Shown here: positions 1 through 11,044 of the stretch, piece after piece
Layout: every line of letters starts with the position of its first letter
Numbering within the stretch: position 1 is the stretch's first letter
The notes under the pieces: generated by a model
Databases searched by the model: none
What the model was told of the DNA's origin: nothing
Seen by the model: the letters and a program-made list of their open reading frames with translations, nothing else
Position numbers and translations under genes: made by a program
Origin: Octopus vulgaris
Taxonomy: Eukaryota
NCBI GenBank assembly: GCA_951406725.2
Contig: OX597815.1
Span: 212,660,001 to 212,724,000 of the forward strand
Reading direction: 5' to 3'
DNA: 64,000 nt

Positions 1-2
1 TG

Positions 3-327
3 AAGGCAAGAGGCTTAGTGGTTAGGGTGTTTGGCTCATGATCATAAGGTCATGCGTTCAATTCCTAGCAGCATGCTGTGACCTTGAGCAAGACACTTTA
101 TTTCACATTTTTCCACTCCACTCAGCTGGCAAAAATGAGTTGCACCTGTGTTTCAAAGGACCAGCCTTGTGACACTCTGTGTCAAGCTGAATCTCCCTGA
201 GAACTATATTTAGGGTTACATGTGTTTGTGGAGTACTCAGCCATTTGTACTTTAATTTCACGAGCAGGCTGTTCTGTTGAGAGGATCAAATGGAAACCTG
301 GTCATCATAACCGATGGAGCGCCAGTT
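3..327 (+). mobile_element. tRNA-derived SINE, family C (long form)
   Basis: A-box-like GGCTTAGTGGTTAGG and B-box-like GTTCAATTCC, then CCTTGAGCAAGACACTT and CACTCAGCTGGCAAAAATGAG; similar copies at 7227, 17799 and 18557. Confidence 0.75.
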
Positions 328-984
328 AGTTACGAAGGCTGCAAGCTGGCAGAATCCTTGGTACACCAGGTGAAATGCTTGGCAGAATTTCTTCTGAGTT
401 CACAACTTGAGTCCAAATGCCGCCAGGGTCAACTTTGCTTCTCATCCTTTTTGGGGTTGATAAAATAGGTACCAGTTGAACACTGAGAGCACATGAGAGG
501 CATCACTTCTCTGTTGCATCAAGCAGCTTCACTTGCAGTAGATGTCACTGCTGCAGCAGATCAAAAGCAGGCCATGGTAACCCATATGCAAGCCGACCAG
601 AGATGATTACTGAACAAGAACAGTCAACATCAACCTACAACAAACAGCTGATGACAACACACACACAAGTTGTGTGTGTGGGGGGGGGGGGTATTCTTTT
701 ACATGTTTCAGCCCTAAGGCTGTGGTCATGCTGATGATGGGCTTCTTTCAGTTTTCATCTATCAAATCCACTCACAAAGCTTTGTTTGGCTTGAGGCTAC
801 AGTAGAAAACACTTGCCCAAGAGCTGTACAGTGAGATTGAACCCAAAACTCTGCAGTTGGGAATCAAACTTCTTACCACACAGCCATACCTTTTGATATT
901 TTTCCAAGCTTTAACCCTTTTGAGATTTTTCTCTTGCTTTTCTGGTATCTAATGAGTGGAAGAAATCAAAATCCCAGTCCAGGT

Positions 985-1154
985 CAGTCATGGACAAACT
1001 TCAGCCTGTGGGCCACATGCAGTCCACAGGACTTTCTGCAAGGCACGTATAACAAAAAATTACCTTCAATTTTTTTTTTTTTTTTTTAGTAGCCCACCTG
1101 ATGATGAACCAAGACTCATGCAGCCTATTTCTTGAAAATGGTTGCCTCTGCCTG
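985..1154. mobile_element. degenerate hAT-type MITE
   Basis: CAGTCATGGACAAAC...GTTGCCTCTGCCTG ends; imperfect 8-bp flanks GTCCAGGT/TTCCAGAC; related inverted copy at about 36078-36220. Confidence 0.5.
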
Positions 1155-1189
1155 TTCCAGACGAAAGTGCATATCTTGTAGTAATGGGT

Positions 1190-1512
1190 TTGATGCCACA
1201 ATGTGGTACTCTGAACACGAGTCTTTTATAATAGCATTTGGACAATCCAAGTCTTGTGAATGAAACTAAATGCCACAGAATGTGCCAGTGTCATGTAAAA
1301 GTGCTGGTGCCACATAAAGAACGTGTACTGGTGCCATGTAAAAAGCACCTGGTTACATTTTGTAAAGTGGTTGGTGCTAGGAAGAGCATCCAGCCATAGA
1401 AATTATGCCAAAACAGACAAATGGAACCTGGGCAGCACTCCAGTTGGCCAACTCCTGCCAAACTATTCCACCCTTGTCAGTATGGAGAATGGATGTTAGA
1501 TTATGATGATGA
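1190..1512 (+). mobile_element. family D retroposon with (GAT)n tail, diverged
   Basis: GTGCCAYRTAAAAAGCAC motifs, GGAAGAGCATCCAGC motif and ATGATGATGAT tail. Confidence 0.65.
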
Positions 1513-1528
1513 TAATTTTTTTTTTTTT

Positions 1529-1768
1529 CACCCTTTTCAAGCCTAACCAGGTTCATGGGCCTGGTGTCAGCATTACTCAAGAAACAGGAAGAGAGAGAGT
1601 GAGAGAAAGATGTGGCGGTAGAGTACAACAGGGGTCGCCACCAGCCCCTGCCAGAGCCTCGTGGAGCTTTTGGGTGTTTTCGTTCAATAAACACACGCAA
1701 CGCCTGGTTTGGGAATCGAAACCACGAACCTCCGACCGCGAGTCCGCTGCCCTAACCACTGGGCCATT
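1529..1768 (-). mobile_element. tRNA-derived SINE, family C variant
   Basis: Reverse strand reads TGGCCCAGTGGTTAGGGCAGCGGACTCGCGG...GGTTTCGATTCCC; matches the + copy at 37281-37585. Confidence 0.8.
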
Positions 1769-3721
1769 ACGATAAGTACACTGATGAACTGCACCTATAA
1801 TTCAAAGAGCCAGCCTCATCATATGCTGTGTCACATTCAATCAGTCTATGTCAAGAGTACATGTGTCTATGGAGTACTCAGTATAAGCATGTTTATACAA
1901 CAGACAGGGAGTTCCGTTCTTTCAGCAGTCAGAGTACTCGTTATTGAAACTAGTGAAAAATTCATGTGCATTTTTTAAAATTATTAATTAATGCAACAGG
2001 TGTCACTTTTGTTCATGCAGTTGGTGTATGTTAAAAATTGATTTGCTATTCTACCTATTTTGACAAGCTGAAATGTTATTAGTCACTGTTTTAGCAATTG
2101 TTGACACTGGTGTGGAGGGAAGGTGAGAGTGGAAGGTAAGAGAGGGTGGAAGAGAGGAAGAGAGAAGGAAGGAAGGAGGTTGGATAGATGGATAGAAGGG
2201 AAGCATGGGAAAGGGAAAATATAAGTAAAGAGGAATGGAGAACAATGTAGCATTTTAGCTGAAATGGTCAGAAAGAAAGAAATGAAGAAAGGGTCGGTTA
2301 ATACTAAAATTTAAACCATTATTCAGTGACCATGGAGAAGGTGAAAGTGGTTATAACAATTGAGTTAGTCGCCTTCAAAGAGTAGATAGAAAGTTAGGAT
2401 GGAAATAGCAATACATACCAAACATAGAAATGACTAAACAAATATGCTGTATATGAATAGAGTTGAGAGAAAAATCCTCCATTTGAAGGAGAATTTGAAA
2501 CCAACTAATAGCTATTAGATAATAATATTCAGTTAGAGATGGCTCCTAGCTTTCCTAGAGCCGATATATTTTCCATCAGCAGATAAACATCTTTCAGAGA
2601 CAACATAAGAGTTATTATTGATAAGTGTAGAAATATGCCAAGCAAAGGATATTATTATTCCAACAAGTTTGTAAGCAACAAAGTAACAAAATTACATTTC
2701 ATGACAGAAAGTAAAAGAATTATTTTGAACTGGTTATTATAGCAGTGAGTGTTATGAAAGGAAAACTTCTAATTATTTGGTACAAATTCTAGAAGATAAA
2801 AGATATCCATCTGGCAACTTAAACAGAAACACTCTATGTCTTGATAAATTTTATTTTACTAAGACAAGAATAATTGCATGTTGCATTTTATATTAATGAA
2901 AATAGGTAAGCTCAGTTCTTTTTGGAAAGTCCAGGTAACAGGTGTTACGCCGTAGCATAGCAATCATTGTTAAATTGTACAAAACAAGAATGCTGAGTAT
3001 GTACATCAAACAGAATACCTGAAATAAAATATAAGCCCAAATGACAAATATTTTAGGCCAGGAACCTAAAAATAATTACTGTGAATAAATTCAACAAGAA
3101 ATCTATAAATAACACACACAAAAAACAATTTAAAAAAGCAACTATCAGGTTGTTCCCAGAGGTAAAAGTATGTGTCACAGAAATGTTTAAATGTACTTTC
3201 CCTTTGTTTAAGCCTAAATTTTTCTCGGATTACAATGAAGAGGAAATCTATCCTATCTTTTACACACTTTACATTGACATGAGTCAATGCACTGGGCAAT
3301 TTGTTTTTGGTGGGAGGGGTGATGTATCTGACCTGTCTTGCACTCATATGATGACATACTTTAAAGAATACTTTGGAAAAAAAAAGAAAAAGGAAAAGAA
3401 TGTTACTGAGGTTGGGTCAAATTCAATAAAAATGGTGCCAACGTTTAGAGATAATGACAAGTGTTGAGAGGAGCAGCACATCTCAATTCTCTAGGGAGAG
3501 AAAATTAGCTTCAAAACTTGAATCAGCTGACATCTAATACATTCATAAATATTGTAAATATTTGGTCAAGTGTTTGAATTAAGAACCTGGGCGCCACGGA
3601 GATTGTCAGATGATAACATTGGAAAGATCATGCAAATATTTGCATATTCCTATGCAATTCATGAACATCCACACTCCATTTGTTTAACTGATAATTTAAA
3701 TTCATTTACCTATATCTATAT

Positions 3722-4124
3722 ACTCTTTTACTTGTTTCAGTCATTTGACTGTGGCCATGATGGAGCACTGCCATTAGTCGAGCAAATCGACCCCAGGACT
3801 TATTCTTTGTAAGCCTAGTACTTATTCCATCGGTCTCTTTTGCCGAACCACTAAGTTACAGGGACATAAACACACCAGCATCAGTTGTCAAGCGATGTTG
3901 GGGGGACAAAAAGACACACAAACATATACACACACACCACACATATACATACATATATACGATGGGCTTATTTCAGTTTCTGTCTACCAAATCCACTCAC
4001 AAGGCTTTGGTCAGCCCGAGGCTATAGTAGAAGACACTTACCTAGGGTGCCACGCAGTGGGACTGAACCCAGAACCATGTAGTTTGTAAGCAATCTACTT
4101 ACTACACAGCCACTCCTACGCCTA
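3722..4124 (-). mobile_element. tRNA-derived SINE, family A (about 400 bp, internal TA/TG microsatellite)
   Basis: Reverse strand: GGAGTGGCTGTGTAGTAAG head, GGTTCAGTCCC B box, CCTTGTGAGTGGATTTGGTAGAC core, GACTGAAACAAGTAAAAGAG tail; more than 12 copies in the window. Confidence 0.85.
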
Positions 4125-4132
4125 TATATACA

Positions 4133-4184
<52 letters not shown>

Positions 4185-4188
<4 letters not shown>

Positions 4189-4386
4189 ATAAAAAAAAAA
4201 GACAACAAGAAAAAAACACCATGAGAACATGGTATGTGCAAAGTATTAATAAGACGCTCAGAGAAGGAAAGAATGGATGTTTTACGTTTCAAGCAAAGCT
4301 CTTCTTCAGAAACAGAACACAGAGGAAAGTCCAAGAGAAAAGGAAAATGGAGAAAAAAAAATTGCCAACAGTTCACATGTGGTTAC

Positions 4387-4388
<2 letters not shown>
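4185..4388 (-). mobile_element. about 200-bp non-coding cassette in (TA)n carrying a hammerhead motif (Penelope pLTR-like)
   Basis: Flanked by (TA)n on both sides; similar to the cassette at 63674-63906; contains the motif at 4278-4314. Confidence 0.6.
4278..4314 (-). ncRNA. minimal type I hammerhead ribozyme
   Basis: Reverse strand UGUUU-CUGAAGA-A-GAGC uuu GCUU-GAAA-CG-UA-AAACA: 5-bp stem I, core with one extra A, 4-bp stem II, palindromic ACGU stem III, GUA triplet. Confidence 0.7.
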
Positions 4389-4425
<37 letters not shown>

Positions 4426-4428
<3 letters not shown>

Positions 4429-4688
4429 AAATAGAAAGATGAATAATCTTGTTGCAGATTTATCAAAAGTTTGGCCATGGGCTCTTAGGAGCCTAGTTCG
4501 ATTTGTTTTGCTCCGCCTCTGTTCTGTTTTTGTTTTTTTCCAACGGATTTCCTATTTCTTCCTGAAGAGAAAGACACAATATGGTCTCATTATTCAATCG
4601 GAATTTGGTAAATTGTGCCTTTCGAAACACGTGTAGAATGAAATAAAACGATTTCTGTTCAATCTTCGTTCAACTCCATTTCTTCAAT

Positions 4689-4692
<4 letters not shown>
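4426..4692 (+). mobile_element. 267-bp non-coding cassette in (TA)n carrying an intact hammerhead motif
   Basis: (TA)n on both sides; imperfect inverted ends GTGAAATAGAAAGATG / CATTTCTTCAATTCAC; hammerhead followed by AATAAA at 4642-4647. Confidence 0.6.
4554..4644 (+). ncRNA. type I hammerhead ribozyme with extended stem II
   Basis: AUUUC-UUC-CUGAAGA(4562-4568)-GAAAGACACAAU[31 nt]AUUGUGCCUUUC-GAAA(4624-4627)-CACGUG-UA-GAA-U-GAAAU; all core nucleotides present; stem II 11/12 paired; predicted cleavage after 4635. Confidence 0.82.
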
Positions 4693-4739
<47 letters not shown>

Positions 4740-5138
4740 CACCAGAAAGTTAATACAAATGATTAAATTTATGCTGGAAAAATATGTAAGCCTTGCAAGT
4801 AAAATTTAGTAATGGAAACTATGTGAAAACTCATGCTGTGTGTTTTTTGTGTACAAATATAAATCAGAGATATTTTAGTATGCAAAAGAAGGCAATGCTC
4901 TAAAAAGGACATAACATATGGTAACTTAGCCAATCAACAAGCATAGATCAATAAAATATGTACCAGACTAAAATCAGGGTTCAATGTAATAGACAAAAAC
5001 CTTTGGATGTGCTGCCACACCATGGCCTCAGTTCAATAAGTGAATCTAGTAAAAGAAAAAAAAAATCATAGCAAGTAACCAAAAACAAATCTTTGTACCA
5101 AGAAGGTTTTGTACAGAACTTCATGTGACTAAGTCTAA

Positions 5139-5358
5139 CCCTTAATCATTCAGACTTCTCTGTCAGATGTAATGCTTATTTATTGACATTGTTTTGAATT
5201 AAACAGGCATTATCTCATAGCTTCAAGATTTCAATGATGTGATGATTTACTTTTACAATGACATTGTAGGGTAGGTGTGAGAGGCTGGATCTGACTAGTT
5301 TGAATATAAGACAGGTAGAATATTTGGGCCAGATACGGTTGGTTTAAATGCTAAAGGG
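5139..5358. mobile_element. piggyBac-type MITE, family E (about 220 bp)
   Basis: CCCTT...AAAGGG termini with CTAA/TTAA flanks; homologous copies at 10437, 14503, 17565, 26793, 40456 and 45702. Confidence 0.75.
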
Positions 5359-6390
5359 TTAATACCATTCAAAATATTACAAATAAGCATAAATTTCCAC
5401 AAAAGACTATAGGTAACAACTGAATTGACTGGCAACGCTACTAAAAGAAAAATGGGTCCTCCTCGGTAATTTTTATTTTTTTTGTCATGAGCCCTACAAC
5501 TCATAAAAGCTTAACCCAGTTTTCATAAATTCACATGAATCTTTTTCGTGTGTGAGATTTTGTTGGGGGGTTTATGGGGTTAAGGAATAGGGGGATGAAA
5601 ATCTTCATTCATATCTGATGTTATCTAGCTTGAGAAAATATCTGAAGAAAAGAGAAAGGCTAAAAGGGAATTGAGAAACAGGAAGTATGAGACCGTTCCA
5701 GAAGTCTCAAAAGCAAAACGCTTACGACTCAATGAAGATGTAAATAGTTTGAAATGAAGAGGATGACTGATTAAACACGGTATTGAAACAGATGCATGTA
5801 GCAATGAATATGTGATGAATATGTGTGTGTGTGTGTATAGTGATGAAGAAATGAATGAGAAGTATGCCTATATGGTTAAGAATGAGAAAGAAAGGATATG
5901 GAAATGAGGCAGCAGCAGATAAAACCAGAGAACTGTAAAGAAACGAGATGAATGGCTGATAATGAGTGTCTCTTTGCAAACTGGTTTCCTTGTTCCACCC
6001 ACTTTGCCAGGCATCAAGATCTCGCAAAAAAATCTCATCTACATTAAGTTTAAAGTTAATTGTTTAACCAGTTATCCCCTAAAATGCTACAGGAGACTTC
6101 ACAAAAAAAAAAAAAGAGGGGAGGCATGATCATATTCCAAAGAAAACAAGTGAACAAGACGGCTTCAGTGATGTCAAGCTCCACACTGCTCATCCAAAGC
6201 AATGACAATTAGGTGTGTCGAGATTTATAGACTATCATCAAGTGTAGAATATCAAACAACATCCGGTTTAAGTAACTTACACATAATTAAGGGAATAAAA
6301 ATTAATATTGAACTCAGAGTAAAATATCCAATCTGTAGGATGGGGGGGTCTCTTGCATATCTGCTGGTTTATAAATATATATATATATAT

Positions 6391-7131
6391 ATATTTCTTT
6401 ACTACCCACAAGGGGCTAAACACAGAGGGGACAAACAAAGGGATTAAGTCGATTATATCGGCCCCAGTGCGTATCTGGTACTTAATTTATCGACCCAGAG
6501 AGGATGAAAGGCAAAGTCAACCTCGGCGGAATTTGAACTCGGAACGTAACGGCAGACAAAATACCTATTTCTTTACTACCCACAAGGTGCTAAACACAGA
6601 GGGGACAAACAAAGGGATTAAGTCGATTATATCGACCCCAGTGCGTATCTGGTACTTAATTTATCGACCCCAAGAGGATGAAAGGCAAAGTCGACCTCAG
6701 CGGAATTTGAACTCGGAACGTAACGGCAGACAAAATACCTATTTCTTTACTACCCACAAGGGACTAAACACAGAGGGGACAAACAAAGGGATTAAGTCGA
6801 TTATATCGACCCCAGTGCGTATCTGGTACTTAATTTATCGACCCCAAGAGGATGAAAGGCAAAGTCAACCTCGGCGGAATTTGAACTCGGAACGTAACGG
6901 CAGACAAAATACCTATTTCTTTACTACCCACAAGGGGCTAAACACAGAGGGGACAAACAAAGGGATTAAGTCGATTATATCGACCCCAGTGCATATCTGG
7001 TACTTAATTTATCGACCCAGAGAGGATGAAAGGCAAAGTCGACCTCGGTGGAATTTGAACTCGGAACATAACAACAGACGAAATACAGCAACGCATTTCG
7101 CCCGGTGTGCTAACGTTTCTGCCAGCTTGCC
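6391..7131 (-). repeat. head-to-tail array of four 174-bp units of SINE family B
   Basis: TTTCTTTACTACC recurs at 6394, 6568, 6742 and 6916 (period 174); the SINE 5' head is present only at the 7131 end. Confidence 0.92.
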
Positions 7132-7226
7132 AGGATTTCTCTGGGCATAAAACTTATTATTGTAAAACAAGTACACTCACATGGATTTAACATGATATAT
7201 AACTGATAGCTATTTTACTTTAGAGT

Positions 7227-7477
7227 GGAGGCACGTGGCTTAGTGGTTAGGGTGTCAGCATCATGATCATAAGATTGTGGTTTCGATTTCTGGACTGGGC
7301 GACGCGTTGTGTTCTTGAGCAAAACACTTCATTTCACGTTGCTCCAGTCCACTCAGCTGGCAAAAATGAGTAACGCTGTGATGGACTGGCATCTCGTCCA
7401 GCTAGAGAACACATACGCCATTGAAACCGGGAAAGCGGGCCCATGAGCCTGGCTAGGCTTTAAAAAAAGGGCGCATT
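7227..7477 (+). mobile_element. tRNA-derived SINE, family C (short form)
   Basis: TGGCTTAGTGGTTAGG A box, GGTTTCGATTTC B box, GATGGACTGGCATC...GAAACCGGG 3' part. Confidence 0.8.
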
Positions 7478-7779
7478 TATTATTTTACTTTAGAGAGATG
7501 AAAATAAAAATCAGCCAACAGGCACCGAACTCAGAATATTGGAGAATAACAACACCAAGAGCAAGTAATCTGCTATCCTTTCATTTTGGTTAACTTCCTG
7601 TCCCAACATTGTAAAAGTAAGAAGAAATATTGAACTTCATATGATTTTAATTGGGACTTTATTCCAAGACTATTTTAATAGGATTAGCAAGCTCAAGCAT
7701 TGCGACGAACTTCTTCACTTTAAATTGCTATCTACTGTGCTGAAAATAGAGATCCATGACTCCCATTCAGTCCAGAGAA

Positions 7780-7818
<39 letters not shown>

Positions 7819-8299
7819 GATAGGGAGAGAGAGGGGGGGGGAGTGGCAATCATTTGTCCACAACATTGTACTGGAAATGAGCATCCTCAAAGTTCAGAGC
7901 AGAGGAAATATAGTTGCTGTCTGACTGAATCTACCTCACCCACTCCTACCATGACCTCCATGATCAAAGTCTTCATTGATGTAAAGTACAACAACAGCAG
8001 CATTACTTTTGATGAAATTTTCAAGAATGAGAGACCATTGGTGTGATAAGGAGGGAAAAGTCTCTGATACATCCGGCTTTACAGAAATCATACCAGCTGT
8101 CTTTGAAAATGATAAATTCAGAGGAATATCACTTAGCACAATGGATTCTTTGATATGAAAACCACCCATTACAGTACAGCAGGACCAATTACTATCCCTT
8201 TGAATGTCGTAGGAGAGAGAAATATCATCAAGTTCAGCAAGAGAAAAGAAAACTACTAAGTACAATAAAATATGGAAGACAAATGCCACCTCACATAGG

Positions 8300-8423
8300 T
8301 GTCACCAGCACTGGCCATGACCATGATTTCACTTAGTGTGAGGGGTCTTCTCAAGCGATTTGCTGTGCTTGAGAAGATGGGTCAAGCTAAGTGAAATCAT
8401 GGTTGTGGTCAGTGCTGGTGACA
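8300..8423. repeat. inverted repeat with 57-bp arms and a 10-nt loop
   Basis: Arm 8300-8356 is complementary to arm 8367-8423 with about 9 mismatches, several of them G-U compatible. Confidence 0.85.
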
Positions 8424-8437
8424 TGTACAAGGCACTC

Positions 8438-8815
8438 GTGCCAGTGACACAGAAAAGGCGCTTATGCCAGTGATACGGAAAAGGGTCCGGTGTCAGTGAC
8501 ATGGAAAAGGAGCCCGTGTCAGTGACACAGAAAAGGGTCCTGTGTCAGTGACACAGAAAAGGGTCCCGTGTCAGTGACACAGAAAAGGGTCCCGTGTCAG
8601 TGACACAGAAAAGGGTCCCGTGTCAGTGACACAGAAAAGGGTCCTGTGTCAGTGACACAGAAAAGGGTCCCGTGTCAGTGACACAGAAAAGGGTCCCGTG
8701 TCAGTGACACAGAAAAGGGTCCTGTGTTAGTGACACAGAAATGGGTTCCATGTTAGTGACACACAAAAGGAGCTCCTGTCAGTGACATATAAAAGGAGCC
8801 CGTGTCAATGACAAA
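8438..8815. repeat. 26-bp minisatellite, about 14.5 units, with a palindromic core
   Basis: (GTGTCAGTGACACAGAAAAGGGTCCC)n; central units near-identical, edge units decayed. Confidence 0.95.
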
Positions 8816-8882
8816 GTACAGGTTTAGTTTAACATATCTAAGGAGAATTCATTCTAATGAATACAAGACGATGTACACACAC

Positions 8883-9215
8883 ATCATCATCATCATCATC
8901 ATCGTTTAACGTCCGTTCTCCATGCTAGCATGGGTTGGACGGTTCGACCGGGGATCTGGGAAGCCAGAAGGCTGCACCAGGCTCCGGTCTTATCTGGCAA
9001 TGTTTCTACAGATGGATGCCCTTCCTAACGCCAACCACTCCATGAGTGTAGTGGGTGTTTTTTACGTGCCACCTGCACTGGTGCCAGGCGAGGCTGGCAA
9101 CGGCCACAGTCAGATTGGTGCATTTTACGTGTCACCGGCACGGAAGCCAGTCGAGGCAGCACTGGCTTCGGCCACGATTCGGATGGTGCTTTTTACGTGC
9201 CACCGACACGGGATA
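8883..9215 (-). mobile_element. family D retroposon
   Basis: (CAT)n-CGTTTAACGTCCG...GGATGCCCTTCCTAACGCCAACC on the + strand; further copies at 21692, 29802, 31768, 49395, 55150, 61445, 63485 and 63921. Confidence 0.85.
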
Positions 9216-9767
9216 TTATATTAAATATGAGTGGAACAATAACAGACCATTGAAGAATACTGATACAGTATTCCAGTATTTAATACATTGAATAGTGAAC
9301 TATGGTGCACCATATTCAGCCTAACATCATCTTTTATCTTTCGTTTCATCACTCGACTGCAGAAATGCTGAGGTACTGGCTTGAATGGGTTCAGCTGAAC
9401 AAATTGATCCCTGCACTTATATATTGTTTTTTTTAAATCTAGTATTTATTATATTAGTGTCTATTGCTGAACCACTAAGTTACCAGAATGTAAACAAACC
9501 AACACTGGTTGTCAAGTAGTGGGAAGAGGAAACACAAATACATACGTGTGTTGTGTGTGTGTGTGAAGGGCTTCCACACAGTTTCCATCTACCACATTCA
9601 ATCAAATCATTGATCGGCCTGGGTTTTAGTACAAGACATATATCCAAAGGAGCTGTGCAGTGGGACTGAACCCAAAACCACATGGTTGCAAATGAAGTAT
9701 ACTTGAATAACCTTTTACAGGTAATGACAGCTTTAACTTCTCAAAATTCCTCAAAATTGAAGAAACA

Positions 9768-10162
9768 TCTTTATATATAAAAGTGAGGTTGTGTGCTGTC
9801 TGTCTCCTACGATTTAGATTCCTAACTACTCCCACATTTTGCAGTGCAGTTTAACCAAAACCGGGTATCTTAGAGTCATGATTCATATCGAGCCCTTCTG
9901 GGTATTAGCGTGCGTCTACGATGATCTACGATTTAAAAAAAATTTATCATCAATCTTTCCCATTTTTAATGCATTTTTGGCATATATAAGGGAAGTAACT
10001 CTCTAAAAATGTATTATTAAATCTCAGAACGTAAAAAGCTACGGTAGCCCCCCCCCCCTTGTGGTTAGCCATATTGAGATGGCTATTATACTTTATATCT
10101 CTAAAAATGCTTATATAGTTATTTCCCTTACAAACCCGAGCAACGCCGGGCGATACTGCTAG
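9768..10162 (+). mobile_element. non-autonomous Helitron
   Basis: 5' TC, 3' CCCGAGCAACGCCGGG hairpin then CTAG, inserted between A and T, no TSD. Confidence 0.85.
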
Positions 10163-10436
10163 TTTTATATAAAATTCTTCCTTTTACATTGATATAAACA
10201 CAAAGCAATTTTTATATCATTATTTTTTCTAACACGTGACTAGTCCTAATTCTCTGAGAGGAATTTTTCTCATGCTTGGCTTAATCAAGCAAAATAAATA
10301 TAAAGGGAGATAATTATTAAATTGTCGTAAAGTTATGCAGCTCATTAGTTCATCCTTCGTGTTTCCAACCTCAAATTCTGATCAGTTCAATTTCTGATTA
10401 TTGTAGACTGTTTTATGTCAGAATGTATCTATTCAT

Positions 10437-11044
10437 CCTTCAGCATTCATATCTCTGTCAAATGTAATGCTTACTTATTTACAATGTTTTCAATTAATCG
10501 TGCATTATCTCACAACTTTGAGATTTTGGTGATGCGACTCTTCTACTCTTTTACTTGTTTCAGTCATTTGACTGCGGCCATGCTGGAGCACCGCCTTCAG
10601 TCGAGCAAATTGACCCCAGGGCTCATTCTTTAGAAGCATAGTACTTATTTTATCAGTCTCTTTTGCCGGACCGCTAAGTTACAGGGACGTAAACACACCA
10701 TCAGTTGTCAAGCGATGTTGGGGGACAAACGAAGACATGCAAAACATATACACACACACACACACACACATAGATATATACGACAGGCTTCTTTCAGTTT
10801 CCTTCTACCAAATCCACTCGCAAGGCTTTGGTCGGCCCAAGGCTATAGTAGAAAACACTTGCCCTAGGTGCCATGCAGTGGGAATGAACCCGGAACCATT
10901 TGATTGGTAAGCAAGCTACTTACCACACAGCCACTCCTGCGTCTTACAATGACATTGTAGGATAGAGAGGCTGGATCTGACCAGATTGAGCATAAAACAG
11001 ATTGGATATTTGGGCTGGATATGACCAGTTTAAATGCAAAAGGG
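10437..11044. mobile_element. piggyBac-type MITE (family E) interrupted by a family A SINE (10543-10941, minus)
   Basis: Two halves of the MITE consensus either side of a full SINE; right end AAAGGG-TTAA. Confidence 0.7.

Noticed and set aside
1098-1138. CTGATGA...GAAA hammerhead-like string (also the reverse copy near 36095-36135, and CTGATGA at 32526, 51277 and 58113)
   Set aside because: No compatible stems I, II and III or NUH triplet around the core words.
3081-3467. 128-aa ORF on the plus strand
   Set aside because: Non-ATG start, runs through poly-A tracts, no recognisable domain.
6353-7150. 265-aa ORF with a 58-aa repeat
   Set aside because: Antisense reading of the SINE B concatemer; it stays open only because the 174-bp period is a multiple of three.
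7860-8290. Possible ancient reverse transcriptase remnant
   Set aside because: Only a faint GVRQG-like resemblance; too decayed to support without a profile search.
8438-8815. CRISPR-like array (leader hairpin plus palindromic repeats)
   Set aside because: No unique spacers, no cas genes and a eukaryotic context; units are contiguous 26-mers derived from a retroposon motif.
8922-9224. Recurrent MLAWVGRFDRGSGKP ORFs (also 21727, 31732, 49347)
   Set aside because: Antisense frames of family D repeats with inconsistent C-termini; not a gene family.
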